Source of the DNA: Carcharhinus amblyrhynchos
Taxonomy: Eukaryota
Length of the DNA stretch: 64,000 nucleotides
Direction of reading: 5' to 3'
Assembly: GCA_965287045.1 (NCBI GenBank)
Contig: OZ336895.1
Span: 13,082,001 to 13,146,000 of the forward strand
In this document: piece by piece, positions 24,301 to 36,300 of the stretch
Numbering within the stretch: the first letter of the stretch is position 1
How the letters are laid out: every line of letters begins with the position of its first letter
Notes under the pieces: generated by a model
Databases searched by the model: none
What the model saw: only the letters and a program-made list of their open reading frames with translations
What the model was told of the DNA's origin: nothing
Program-made: the position numbers and the translations under genes

Positions 24301-27300
24301 AAGTGGTGGTTAATTCATTTACAGGCCTCACTAGGCCCAAGGGTGGGGGGGCTGATCATCACCTCCCCCTTGTAAAATTTTGTACAGGTGAGCGGTGGGT
24401 TGGTCTGCACCAGGAAGGTCCCATTGAACCCATTCACCTTCAAACCTGTCACCAGGTCCACATCCACCATGTTGGGTGGCACCAAAGGCTTGGCTGTTAT
24501 GGGGGGAGTGGGGAAGTGAATTGAAAGAATTGACTTTGACAGCTAAATAATAGCCAATAGAGAATGACTTTGTCAAAGAGTTAATGTTCACTGCTGGGGG
24601 TGATGGGGGCAGGAGGAGAGGATGGACAGATGTGGAGAGGAGGAGAGGTTGGGCAGGTGGTGGGTGTGGGGAGGATAGAGGTTGGGCAAGTGGTGGGTGT
24701 GGGGAGGATAGAGGTTGGGCAAGTGGTGGGTGTGGGGAGGATAGAGGTTGGGCAAGTGGTGGGTGTGGGGAGGATAGAGGTTGGGCAAGTGGTGGGTGTG
24801 GGGAGGATAGAGGTTGGGCAGGTGGTGGGTGTGGGGAGGATAGAGGTTGGGCAGGTGGGGTGTGTGGAGGAGGAGAGGTTGGGCAGGTGGGGGGTGTGGG
24901 GAGGATGGAGGTTGGGCAGGTGGGGGGTGTGGGGAGGAGGAGAGGTTGGGCAGGTGGGGGGTGTGGGGAGGAGGAGAGGTTGGGCAGGTGGGGGGTGTGG
25001 GGAGGAGGAGAGGTTGGGCAGGTGGGGGGTGTGGGGAGGATAGAGGTTGGGCAGGTGGTGGGTGTGGGGAGGATAGAGGTTGGGCAGGTGGGGGGTGTGG
25101 GGAGGATAGAGGTTGGGCAGGTGGAGTGTGTGGAGAGGAGGAGAGGTTGGGCAGGTGGGGGGTGTGGGGAGGATAGAGGTTGGGCAGGTGGGGGGTGTGG
25201 GGAGGAGGAGAGGTTGGGCAGGTGGGGGGTGTGGGGAGGAGGAGAGGTTGGGCAGGTGGTGGGTGTGGGGAGGAGGAGAGGTTGGGCAGGTGGTGGGTGT
25301 GGGGAGGAGGAGAGGTTGGGCAGGTGGTGGGTGTGGGGAGGATAGAGGTTGGGCAGGTGGTGGGTGTGGGGAGGATAGAGGTTGGGCAGGTGGGGGGTGT
25401 GGGGAGGATAGAGGTTGGGCAGGTGTGGGGAGGAGGAGAGGTTGGGCAGGTGGGTGTGGTAATAACAGTGAAAGAAGCAAAGTGTGTGTGAGGGGAGTTA
25501 TTGGGATCAGCGCACTCAGTATTAGCCAATCCACTCTGGTGTTGCTGCCCAGCCTGTTGCCCAGTTCCATTGGGAATTCCTTGACTTCTCCGAACATGAG
25601 AGGGAGAACCAGCCTTGTTCCTCCAGTGATTCTGACTTTGATGATGACGAACCCCGAAAATTCCATATTGAGATCAAGCCAGTGACAGTGAAAGACTGGA
25701 GCCACGACCCAGTGACCTCTGTGGAGCAACTAAGGGCGTCGATTGGGAATATCGTCCTTTCTTCTCAACCAATGGTAAGCATCTTGCTGCCCTTTTGGAT
25801 GGAGTGTCATTGAGAGGGTATGGCAGCCAACATGACTAACAGTGGTGGGGGCAGAGGCTTGGGAGGCAGGGCATGGTCGGGGGGAGGTGGGATTTCTGGG
25901 GGCAGCAGAAGGATAAATGTGAATTGGAGAAAAGAGTTTGCTAATAACCATCTAGTCCTGAAGCATGCTCTCAGGTTGGAGTTAACTAGTCAGTAGTGAA
26001 CAAAATAAACATTAGTTTTTATTTAAAGTAAGATGTTGTGTTCTGGGTGGGGTTGGAGAAGAGCAAACACAACACCTGACATCACTGTTCATTCAAATAT
26101 TGAACCATTCCCAAGGTTCCATGTGATGAGACGCAGAATGCTTTATGGGAATCCTGAACTCCCCACTTTTCTCCACTTGAGTCAGGAATTTTCTTATGAG
26201 AATTGGAATGTTCTTCGGGGGGGGTTCCTGGGGTATGAGGCCTGTTGGGGAGATCGACCAACCTTGGAGTTTGCAGCAAGGAAGGTTCTAGTAAGTAGGA
26301 TGGACTCGTTCCTTGTCCAAACTCACTCGTTGCTTCCCTTTTGTTTTACAGATTCCATCCAAAAGAAATTCCACGAGTAAGTGTTTGTCAACCTAGCACT
26401 AAGATTTGGCATCTGTGATAAAGGGAAAATGTGTGCAGGAGAGTAGAACCAATTGGATAGCTCCTTCAAAGAGCTAGCACAGATATGATGGGCTAATGGC
26501 CACCTGTGCTGTGTGTGTGGGCCTTTTTGGTTATAGCGCCTATGCATGTCATTGTGTTGTAGGGATCCAGGTGTTGGGATAGACAGTGGATAAGGGTCAC
26601 AGGAGCATGGGATGGGGTCAGTCCCAGCTGTTTCTGGGAACAGGAACAGTAGAGAGATAGTTCCCTGTTCAAACAAGAAGCTGTGATGAAGGACTCTAAT
26701 GATAATCCTCGGCGCCTCTGCCCAGTACCAGCAATTGCTGTTTCCATCGTTCTGTATTATTATTATCTGGCATTCCCCACACGTCCTTTTATCTCTGACT
26801 GTCTCTCTGTGTAGGGCACACGATCCAATTGGCTCCCTTGTCAGTGGATGGAAACTCTGAGGCGATTTGCCCAAGAGGTAAGGTGATGTCTTGTTAACAA
26901 ATTCTCAGCGTTTCCGCAGCCATCCTGACCCCAAATCTCCAGCCTGAATCGTTGAAATGTTAAACTATTCCACAAAACCTCTAACTAGAAACAAGATTGG
27001 TCACAAGGTCGCTATTCTGTTCCTTTATCAAGCTGGATCCCGCAGTTCTCCAGACATGATCTTGTCCGGCAGTTACTGGGGGAGGGGGGGGTGTTTTGCT
27101 CTTTCCTGATCTGAGTAACGAAACTTAAATGGCACTATTAACGTATCTTCCTAATGCCCTGTTTTGTACAGCCAATTCCAGACCTTCCCCTTTGTTATTT
27201 ATTGGGCTTCATCAACATCCTGGCACAATATTTCACTTTAAAACAGGCTCCTGTACAGCTTTTTGAAAGAGTTGGCACAAGGACGATGGACCGAATGGCC

Positions 27301-30300
27301 GCTTTCCATGTTGAGAGCCTCTGTGGATTTTTCCAGTGTTATACTGTGGGGGTGTGCATGCATGTGCCTCTTCAATCCATCTCTCTGCACTGCTGTCAGG
27401 TAGCTGACTGGCTGCACACTCACCGCTCTGCTGAATGACCTGTTCAAATCCCCCCAGAACCAACTATTCAGTCAGTGGTTTTTATCCTCAACTTTAAGAC
27501 TGTTGTATGTTGGTGAGCAGACTTGGCTGTAATTCTGTTGCTCTCTGCTTCTCGAATGGACACTTGCTGATTTGGGGTTTCTGTGTTTGCTCCAGGTGTG
27601 GAAGCAGCACCATTCCGATTCACCGCTCCGAGCTCCGAGTCAGGCAGGTATGTGACCTGCGAGGGGGATATCTTGAGTTGGAGCTTTATTCTCGCAGTTT
27701 GTGTTAATGATTTCAGGAGACAAACTCGTAAGTCACTTCCCCATCCCGAAATTCTTTCCCTGGATCTGTTCTCGGCAATGTCCTGATCTCTCATTCCTGG
27801 AGTCTCCAGGGCAATCCTGGAGCGTTGGTAACCTTTTCCTGCCCCCCACACGTAATGGTCCTCTACTCACTCTAACCCCTGGGGTTTCGGTTGTTGTTTG
27901 TGGGTACTAGAATTTTCTGGTCCTCGTTTGCTATGTCATTTTCACCCCTTTTCTCCCGTCCTCTTCCAGCAGAACCACTGTCTCCCAGAATGGTGTTGGC
28001 TTTCTGGATCCGCTCTTTGGGCCATCATTAGACTCCATGTTTGAGAAGCCAGGACCCACAGGTAATGGGGTTAACTCTGTCTGAGCTTGCTCTCGCTCTC
28101 TCTCATTCATTCTCTCCTCTTCCTGTTTGTTTGTGCAGGCGTATGGGGGGGGAGGGAGATAGGCAGGGGAACGGCACTAAGCCAGATGCTTGTTTGGAGA
28201 GCTGGTGCAGACATGATGGGCCAAATGGCCACCTCCTGTGTTGTAACAGTTCTGTGATGTTACCAGTTGTAGAGAAGACCAAATCAGGGGCCATAAATAG
28301 AAGATAAATTACTAATAAATCCAACAGCAGAACCTTCTTTACCCAGAGAGGGGTGTGAATGTGGAACTCTGTCCCACAGGGAGTGATGATGCCAATAACC
28401 TATTTAAGAGGAAGCTGGACAAATCCATGAGAGAGAAAGGAATAAAAGGTTTGCTGATTGGGTGAGATGAAGAAATGGAGGAACATAAGCACTGACAGAG
28501 TTGAGCTGCATGGCCTGTTCCTGCAGCTTAAACCACAGCACTGGTGTGGATTCCAAGATCTCATTTTGTGACGTTTAGAATCATAGAATTCCTATGGTGG
28601 AGAAGGGAGCCATTCAGCCCATCGAGACTGCACCAACCAAAATCCCACCCAAGCCCTATTCCTGTACCCCCCATGTTTACCCTGCTAATCCCCCTGACAC
28701 TGAGGGGCAATTTAGTATGGCCAATCAACCTAATCTGCACATCTTTGGACTGTGGGAGGAAACTGGAGTTTCTGGAGGAAACCCATGCAGACATGGGGAG
28801 AATGTGCAGACTCCACATAGACAGTGACCCAAGCTAGGAATCGAACCCAGATCCCTGAAGCAGTGAGGCAGCAGTGCTAACCCACTGTGTCGCCTTTGAA
28901 TTAATGGCTAGCAGACTGAAGTAATCATTATAAATGTAAATTATAAATGATAAAATCCTATCTGTCTCTGGTCCAGTTTTTCTCCCAGTGGAATCGAATA
29001 CAAATTTATTGAATTGTTAAAGAATTAGTGTGAATTTTATAATGGTAGCATCCCTGCCTCCTGACTAGATCCCAGCTTCGAACCCCTCTCAGGGCAGCCC
29101 TGGTTAGAGAAGAGCCGGGCTCCAGCTGGGAATTCTGCCTCTGATTACAATAGGAATCTCGTGTCTGGGTGCGAGAGACACCTCCGAGCTGCACCTCATG
29201 GCTGAGCTACAGTAGCCCAGGCAACCTTTCCACCATCTCCGACTAACCCATGTTATTGGCTGTGGTAAAGATGGTCACAGCCCGATGAGGTGTGTTTGCG
29301 CCTGTTCATCAGTCTGAAAATCCATGCTCTACTTTGCAATGATCACCCAGGAAAAAGCATGAAGATACAAAAACTCTGCACCCATACTGACACAAACTCT
29401 TCCATTTTATTTATAAAAAAACCCTTCTATATTTTTGTCAGACGCAGTAGTCAGTCTGCCTTGTTATCACAATGGAAGTTGAGTAGAATGGCGTCATCTG
29501 GGACTGGGACACACACTCTCTATATCGGTGACATTGTCCAAAATACTGGCTAAGAGACTTATTTCTTCTACCCAATGACAATTCCAGTTTTACAATGTTT
29601 TTTCTCTATTTTGATGTGGAGCAAATAATGCAATTAAACTCTCAAAATCATTGTTTGTACCTTTTTTATGCTCCATCTATTTGATTCCCTCCCCAAATAT
29701 TTTTCTCAGTATAGAATCCCTACAGTGCAGAAGGAGGTCATTTGGCCCATTGAGTCTGCACCGACCACAATCCCACCTGGCCCCATAACCCCATGTACTT
29801 ATCCTGCTAATCTCCCTGACGCTAGGGTCAATTTAGCATGGCCCATAAGCCTAACCCGCACATCTTCAGAGTGCCGGAGGAAACCCATGCAGACATGGGG
29901 AGAAATGTGCAAACTCCACACAGTGACCAAGTCAGGAATCGAAACCAAAAGAGAGAATGCTGGAAAATCTCACCCAGGAATCAAACCCAGGTCCCTGGCG
30001 CTGTGAGGCAGCAGTGCTAACCACTGTGCCGCCAGTAATTCTCTGAAATACACAACATCTGACCAAGATGAGTTGGTTCAAAGTTGTATTTTGTTCTGCT
30101 CCTGAATAGAGTTCGGCCAGATCTTAACGTCACCAGAGAGAAGTTGTTTCGAATTCGGGTTCAATGCTGGGAACTTCGAAGATCTTAAAGCCTGGATTGG
30201 AACTTGCAAAATGTCTGTTATCGTGCAATGTTGGGAGGGTTGACAAATCTCACTAAGGCAGTTAACAAATAACAAGTAATTTTAAATATTCATTATCAGG

Positions 30301-33300
30301 ATTGGGCCACAGTGGCATTTACTGCCCATTCCTAATTGCCCTTGAGAAGGTGGTGGCGAGCTGCCTTCTTGAACTGCTGCAGTCCATGTGGTGTAGGTAC
30401 GCCCACAGTTCTGTGAGGGAGGGAGTTCCAGCATTTTGACCCAGCAACTGTGAAGGAACAGTGATATATTTCAAAGTCTGGTTGGTGAGTATCCTGGAGG
30501 GAAGCTTGCAGGTGGTGGTGTTCCCATGTGTCTGTTGCCCTTGTCCTCCCAGGTGGTAGAGGTGACGGGTTTGGAAGGTTCTGTTGACAGAAGCTTGCAG
30601 AGTCGCTGCAGTGCATTGTGTAGATTGTGCGTTGGTAAAATGAATGTTTAAGCTGGTGTCTACTTTTTTAGTACCAATGGCTTGTTCTTACTAAAAGACT
30701 TCCCTCCTTTTTCCAGGCCAATGTGACCAAGTCAATGTGAACCCTCTGTCTTTGGGCGCTCCAACTGGCTCCAACGGACTCGAAATTGTTGAAGATTCGG
30801 GTCTTGATTCTCCTTCTTTCCCAACCACTGACGGTTCCTCGCCGTCTCCGGAATCCAGGCCTTGGACCCCCCAGACTGTTACACCTCCGATTTCCCTCCC
30901 ACTCAGCAACACCTTCTGCCCAGCCTGCAATGAAACTTCCTTCCAGCCTGTTTGTAACCAAAAGACAAATGAGCAAATCTTCTCTGTGGATCATCTCGAT
31001 GGAGACCGAGGCCATAATACTACTGTGACTGACAGTGAGCTGTCTCCTGTGGACTCACAATCAGAAGCTAATCTCCCTGTTCCAGGTCTCCATGCGTTAG
31101 CTGCTGCCACGACTACCACAGGTCTTTGCATTTTATTTCTTGCTTTCGTTTTCCTTGATCAACAAAAAAAACACGCTCTTCCATTGTCACCCAGGGTAAT
31201 GTTCAGTTATAGGCTGGTTCCAATCTGTTAGTGGCCAATGATGAGGAACAAGAACCCCACTGCCTCGTTCAGAGGTCAGTGGCCATTGTTGTACCCCAGA
31301 TGGTAAACCTCACCTCCAGCCATCCAGTCTGGTTAGTTTAGGGATTTGTGAAGGGGAAGAAATCTAGTTTCCTTTGCAGTGCCTCTTCCATGACGGAATG
31401 GGTGAGATACTATCCCCTCACCTCTGCTCAAATTCATCCACGTTTTTGAATACAATCACTGCAGGCATCATCTTGTCAATCTCTCTCTGCCCAGAGAAGG
31501 TGGCAGTGAACTGTCTTCCTGCCTTAATCCAAGTCCCTGTTGTGTGGAATCCCAGTGGATCAGGTTTGACACTGAGGAGTTTGCAACATGAAAGGACAGT
31601 GAGGAGGTGACCATGTTGATTGGGATTGGATCCACAAGGGGAGAAATGACCGATGTTTGAGTCTGTGTTAGTCTGTTGCAAGTACCTGATCTAAAGGAGA
31701 AGGGCTTACTCAATAAAGTGTTGTGACTTCAGGCACCCAGTGTTTCATCACATTTTCAAGACAGGTACAGCACGGGGTTAGATACAGAGTAAAGCTCCCT
31801 CTACACTGTCCCCCATCAAACACTCCCAGGACAGGTACAGCACGGGGTTAGATACAGAGTAAAGCTCCCTCTAAACTGTCCCCATCAAACACTCCCAGGA
31901 CAGGGACAGGACAGGGACAACACAGGGTTAGATACAGAGTAAAGCTCCCTCCCACACTGTCTCCATCCAACACAGTATATTGTTATATCAAGGTATTCAG
32001 TTGGGTTGAATGAATGTATCTGGTTGTGTCCACAGGAATTGCCAGTGTTCAGGCTGAGAGCTCAGTCAGAGAGACGGCCTTCGTTCCTCCTCCACGCCGC
32101 CACTCAAAAAAGAAACTTTTCCACATTCCATTGGAAGGAACGGACGCAGTACGTCTGATCTCTGCTGTTCACTCATTTCCACTCTGCAAACAGCTGATCA
32201 AAGTTTAGAAACTCGATGAGTCAAATCCTTTCTCTTTCTACAGAATCCCAATGCTCAAAATCCCTTCCTATCCATCTTTGTGCAAATTCCCAATGCTGAC
32301 CCTTTGTCCAAGGACACTCCTGTTGCCACAGAGACAACAAATTGTGACCTCCTGGGTTTGAGGGCACTATTACAAGGCAATGTCTGTGGTCGTTGATTCC
32401 AAGCCCTCCAATTTGTACTGAACTGTTCAGCTGCTTGATGGGGATTAAAGGAGAGAAACTGTCTGAGGAACCTTTTGATGAATCTCAGCTCAAGTTGGTT
32501 TGTCATCCACTGCCTTAGCTCCCATTTTAAAAAAAAAATGAACTAATTCCATGTGCAGGACAGCTTGATTCTTGTCTCTTCTTCACAAGGTCGTGGGTTC
32601 ATGTCATAATTCAGAGATTTGAGCCCATAATCCAGGCTGACGCACCCAGTGCAAGACTGAGGGGAGTGCTGCAGTGTTGGAGGGGACATTAAACTGGAGT
32701 CCCGGCTGCTTGTCAGGTGGATGTAAATGATCCCCTGGCTATTATTTGCCAAACAGCAGACTTTCCCCCAGTGTCCTGAAGTTAATATTGATCCCATTGC
32801 CAATATATCTGAAATATAGATTAGCCGGTCATTTATCTCATTAATGGGATCTTGCTGTGCATCAATTGGATCCTGCAAATCCCACACTGAAATGCTGACG
32901 ATAATTCAGAAGCACTTCATTGGCTAGGATCTATGGCACAGAGATAGGGCCTTTGGCCCAAACTGGTCCATGCCGACCAAAATGTCCATCTAGGCGAACC
33001 CAAATTGCCTGCATTTGGCCCATACCCTTCTAAACCTTTCTTATCCATGTATCTGTCCAAATAACTTTTTAAATGCTGTCAATGTCCCTGCCTCAACCGC
33101 TTCCTCTGGCAGCTCATTCCACGATACTCCCTAAGACCCTGCCATTCATCATGAAAGTCCTATCTTGATTTGACTTCCTAAAATGCAACACCTCACACTT
33201 GCCTATATTGAACTCTGTTTGCCATTCCTCAGCCCACTTCCCCAGCTGATCAAAGTCCTTTGGGATATCCTGAGCGTCTGAATGACGTTCTAGAAATAAA

Positions 33301-36300
33301 GCTTTTATCCCCTTTTATTGAAGGCCCATTTGTGGTAATTACTCAAACTTAACTCAGCTTTTGGTGGGAAAGTTCAGCTTGTGATCAGCTGTAATGATCT
33401 GTGTGTATTTGTATAAAGTAATGAATTCCTTTTTCCCTTCAGCCCAGGTCTGTCAGTCCACCGACTGTCGCGCCGCTGAGCCCTCCCCCTACAGCCACTC
33501 CGAGTCAAGTTGATGAAGCAGCCGCAACGCGCTCTTGTCGGAATCGAGCCTCTACTCCAGCCTTCAGTGCGTGTAAGTGTTCTCCATTACTCTCAATCAC
33601 ACAGGGGGCCTGTGATGTTGCCAAATTTCAGTTGTGGTTTGGGGGGGGAGGTGGCGTTCTCTGTGCCAGAAGCTTCCAGTCCAAATTGAAGCCATAATCC
33701 AGGATGACCCTCCCAGTACTGGCTGCATTGTTGAAGATTCCTTTTTTTTTTGGAAGAAACATTAAACCTTCTTGAGTATCTCACAGCCACTGTTCAAAGA
33801 GCAGCGGGGAAGTTCTGATTTTCTAGCCAATGTATTTCCCTTGTCCAACATCTAAAACAGATTACCTGATCATTATAATATTGTTGTTGCTGGGATACTA
33901 CAGTGAACAAATTTCCTCCTACGTTACAACAGTAAATTACTTGTTTATCTCAAAGCATTTAGGGCATTCTGAGGTCATCTGAGGTGCTTTTGAAAATACA
34001 ACCCTTCTTCGCAGTACTTGCTGTTAGATAGCTGCAGTTGATGAGCTGCTGACTGGAGACTTGTGTTGTCTCTTAGCTCCCCCCAGTCAGGAGTTCCAGC
34101 TTCCTCCTGAGTTTGTTGCTCATCACTTTGAGAATTGTGTGTCTCACTGTACTGAGAACTGAGCACTAACTGTTCAATCATCATCATTGGATGTGACAAT
34201 ACCAAGGTCCATTCAGCACTAAGCTTCCAGCCACACTTTTGCAATATCCACCAGATTGAATTATGAAGTTTGAGGTGTGCTAACAGGATTAATAAGATGG
34301 AAATATCCTCATTGTGATCACAGTGCATTGGGTTGATTGGATGTTGCATGGTTAGTAGTTTTGTTGTTGTTCCTGGATTCCTTCAGAAAATCTTCCTGAA
34401 TGTGGCGACATTGATTTTATTTTTTTAATGCCCAGGTATTTCCCGAGGTCCGAGTCCAGTGACAGCAGGAAGCCATGAGGCTTTGCCTATTGCAGCTGCA
34501 TTCACAGAGTGTATCGATGCGTACTTCCGGGGTGGAGACTTTGCAAAGTAAGTGTGGGTATCGATACCCAAAGCTTGGGTAACTGTCATCATGAATTTAT
34601 TACAGAGTCCAGACTTGGACAGATCTGACAAAAGGTGATGTTTCCATCCTGGTATTAAGTGTTGATGGTGACTCAGTGGGCAGCGCTCCCCCTTCCTTCT
34701 CTCAAACAGGAGATGGTGGTTTGAGTTTTACTCCAGGGACTCGAGCCCCATAAGCTACTCCCTAGTGCCAGCACAGAGAGTGTCATCGTTCATCTGAAGC
34801 GTTAAACTGAAACTCTGTCTGTCATCTCCAGAGGATAAAAAATATTCCCCCAGGCCTATTTTGAAAAAGAGCAGCGATGTTCTTTCCAGGATTATGGCCA
34901 ATGTTTATTCCTCGACTAACACCTAAAGCAGATATCCTGTTTGTTGTCACGTTGTTTGTGGAATCTTGCTGTGCACAAGTTGCCTGCTTGGTTTACAACA
35001 TTACAATGGTGTCTACATTCGCGGAGAAACTTAAATTGGGACATCCTGAGAACATGTAGGATGACAGGAGTTTTTAATCTTTCCCTCTAAGGACAGGTTT
35101 GCAATAGAGCAGCATCACATTAACATCTTAGAGTTGTAGAGAGAGGCATTGCTTCATGTTGAGAAGTATATTTGCAAAATCTTTCAGATTCCAGCAGCAT
35201 CCACAGTAATTTGCATAATCTTAAATTGTTTTGATTACATGATCAAGTGTCTCCCATTCAATGGATAACTTTATTTTGACAAATCAGAACTAGAAAAGGA
35301 ACTTGCATTTATAAAGCACCTTTTGTCCAGTGAAACATTCCATGGCACCTCATGAGATTATTTTTTTAAAAATGGACTCTGAGCCATTTTGGGAGATATC
35401 GGATCATAAACATCCGGTAAGGTTTAAGGAGGAGAGAGAAGCCGAGAGGTTTAGGGAGGGAATTCCAGAGCTCAAGGACCCAGGCAACTGGAAGCACGGA
35501 CACCAGAGGTGGAGCAATGTTAAGAGGCCAGAATTCCAAGGAGTACAGAGAGCTCCAGGACTGGAGAAGGTTTTAGAATTAGCAGAGATTTGATAACCAT
35601 GCTGAGAATGTTAAAATCAAGGCATTGTCAGATTGGGTGCTGGTGAAAGTCAGCGAGCATGAGGGGTGATGGGTGAACAGAATTAGATTATGGACAAGAC
35701 AGTTTTGCATCAACTGAAATTTGGGGGTAACGCACTGAGGGGTACTGCCCGGGAGAGTGTTGAAATAGTCTAATCTAGAGATAACAAAAAATCCTGGCGA
35801 GGGTTTCGGTAACGACTGAGCTGAAATGGGGCAGAGAGAGGTGAGGTTGTTAAGACATGCAGCCAGTGTTTCTGCTTGTGTGTGTTCTCTGAATTTGGTG
35901 AAACTTCCCTCCTTTTTGCAGTGTAATTGTAAAGTTGACTGGAGATGTTACCATGTCCTTCCCAGCGGGAATAATTCGGATCTTCAGTGGGAATCCGTCG
36001 CCTGCTGTCATCAGCTTCAGGCTGTTAAACGCCAACAGGATTGCACAGTTTCTGCCCAACGCCCAGTTTCTATACAGGTGAGGATGGAGAGGCCTGGACC
36101 GCAGCAACAGCTCAGTGTCTGGGTGGTTCAATTCACTTCCACCTTCTGACAGCCTTTGTTGAAACAAAAATAAAGTGTAATACCCACACGCAGCAAAGAG
36201 ACAGGCCTGTGAGACATCTGCCTCACAGCGCCAGGGACCCAGGTTCGATTCCCGGCTTGGGTCAGGGTCTGTACAGAGTCTGCACGTTCTTCCCATGTCT

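Noticed and set aside
24097-24385. Possible Harbinger-type non-autonomous DNA transposon remnant (similar hints ~6215-6390, 42330-42560)
   Set aside because: Only one convincing terminus (GGGCTGGACTTT); too decayed to call without a repeat library.
24581-25729. Long ORFs (382, 313, 253 aa etc.) on both strands
   Set aside because: They are artefacts of a stop-free G-rich minisatellite within an intron; only 25596-25774 is a real exon, in another frame.
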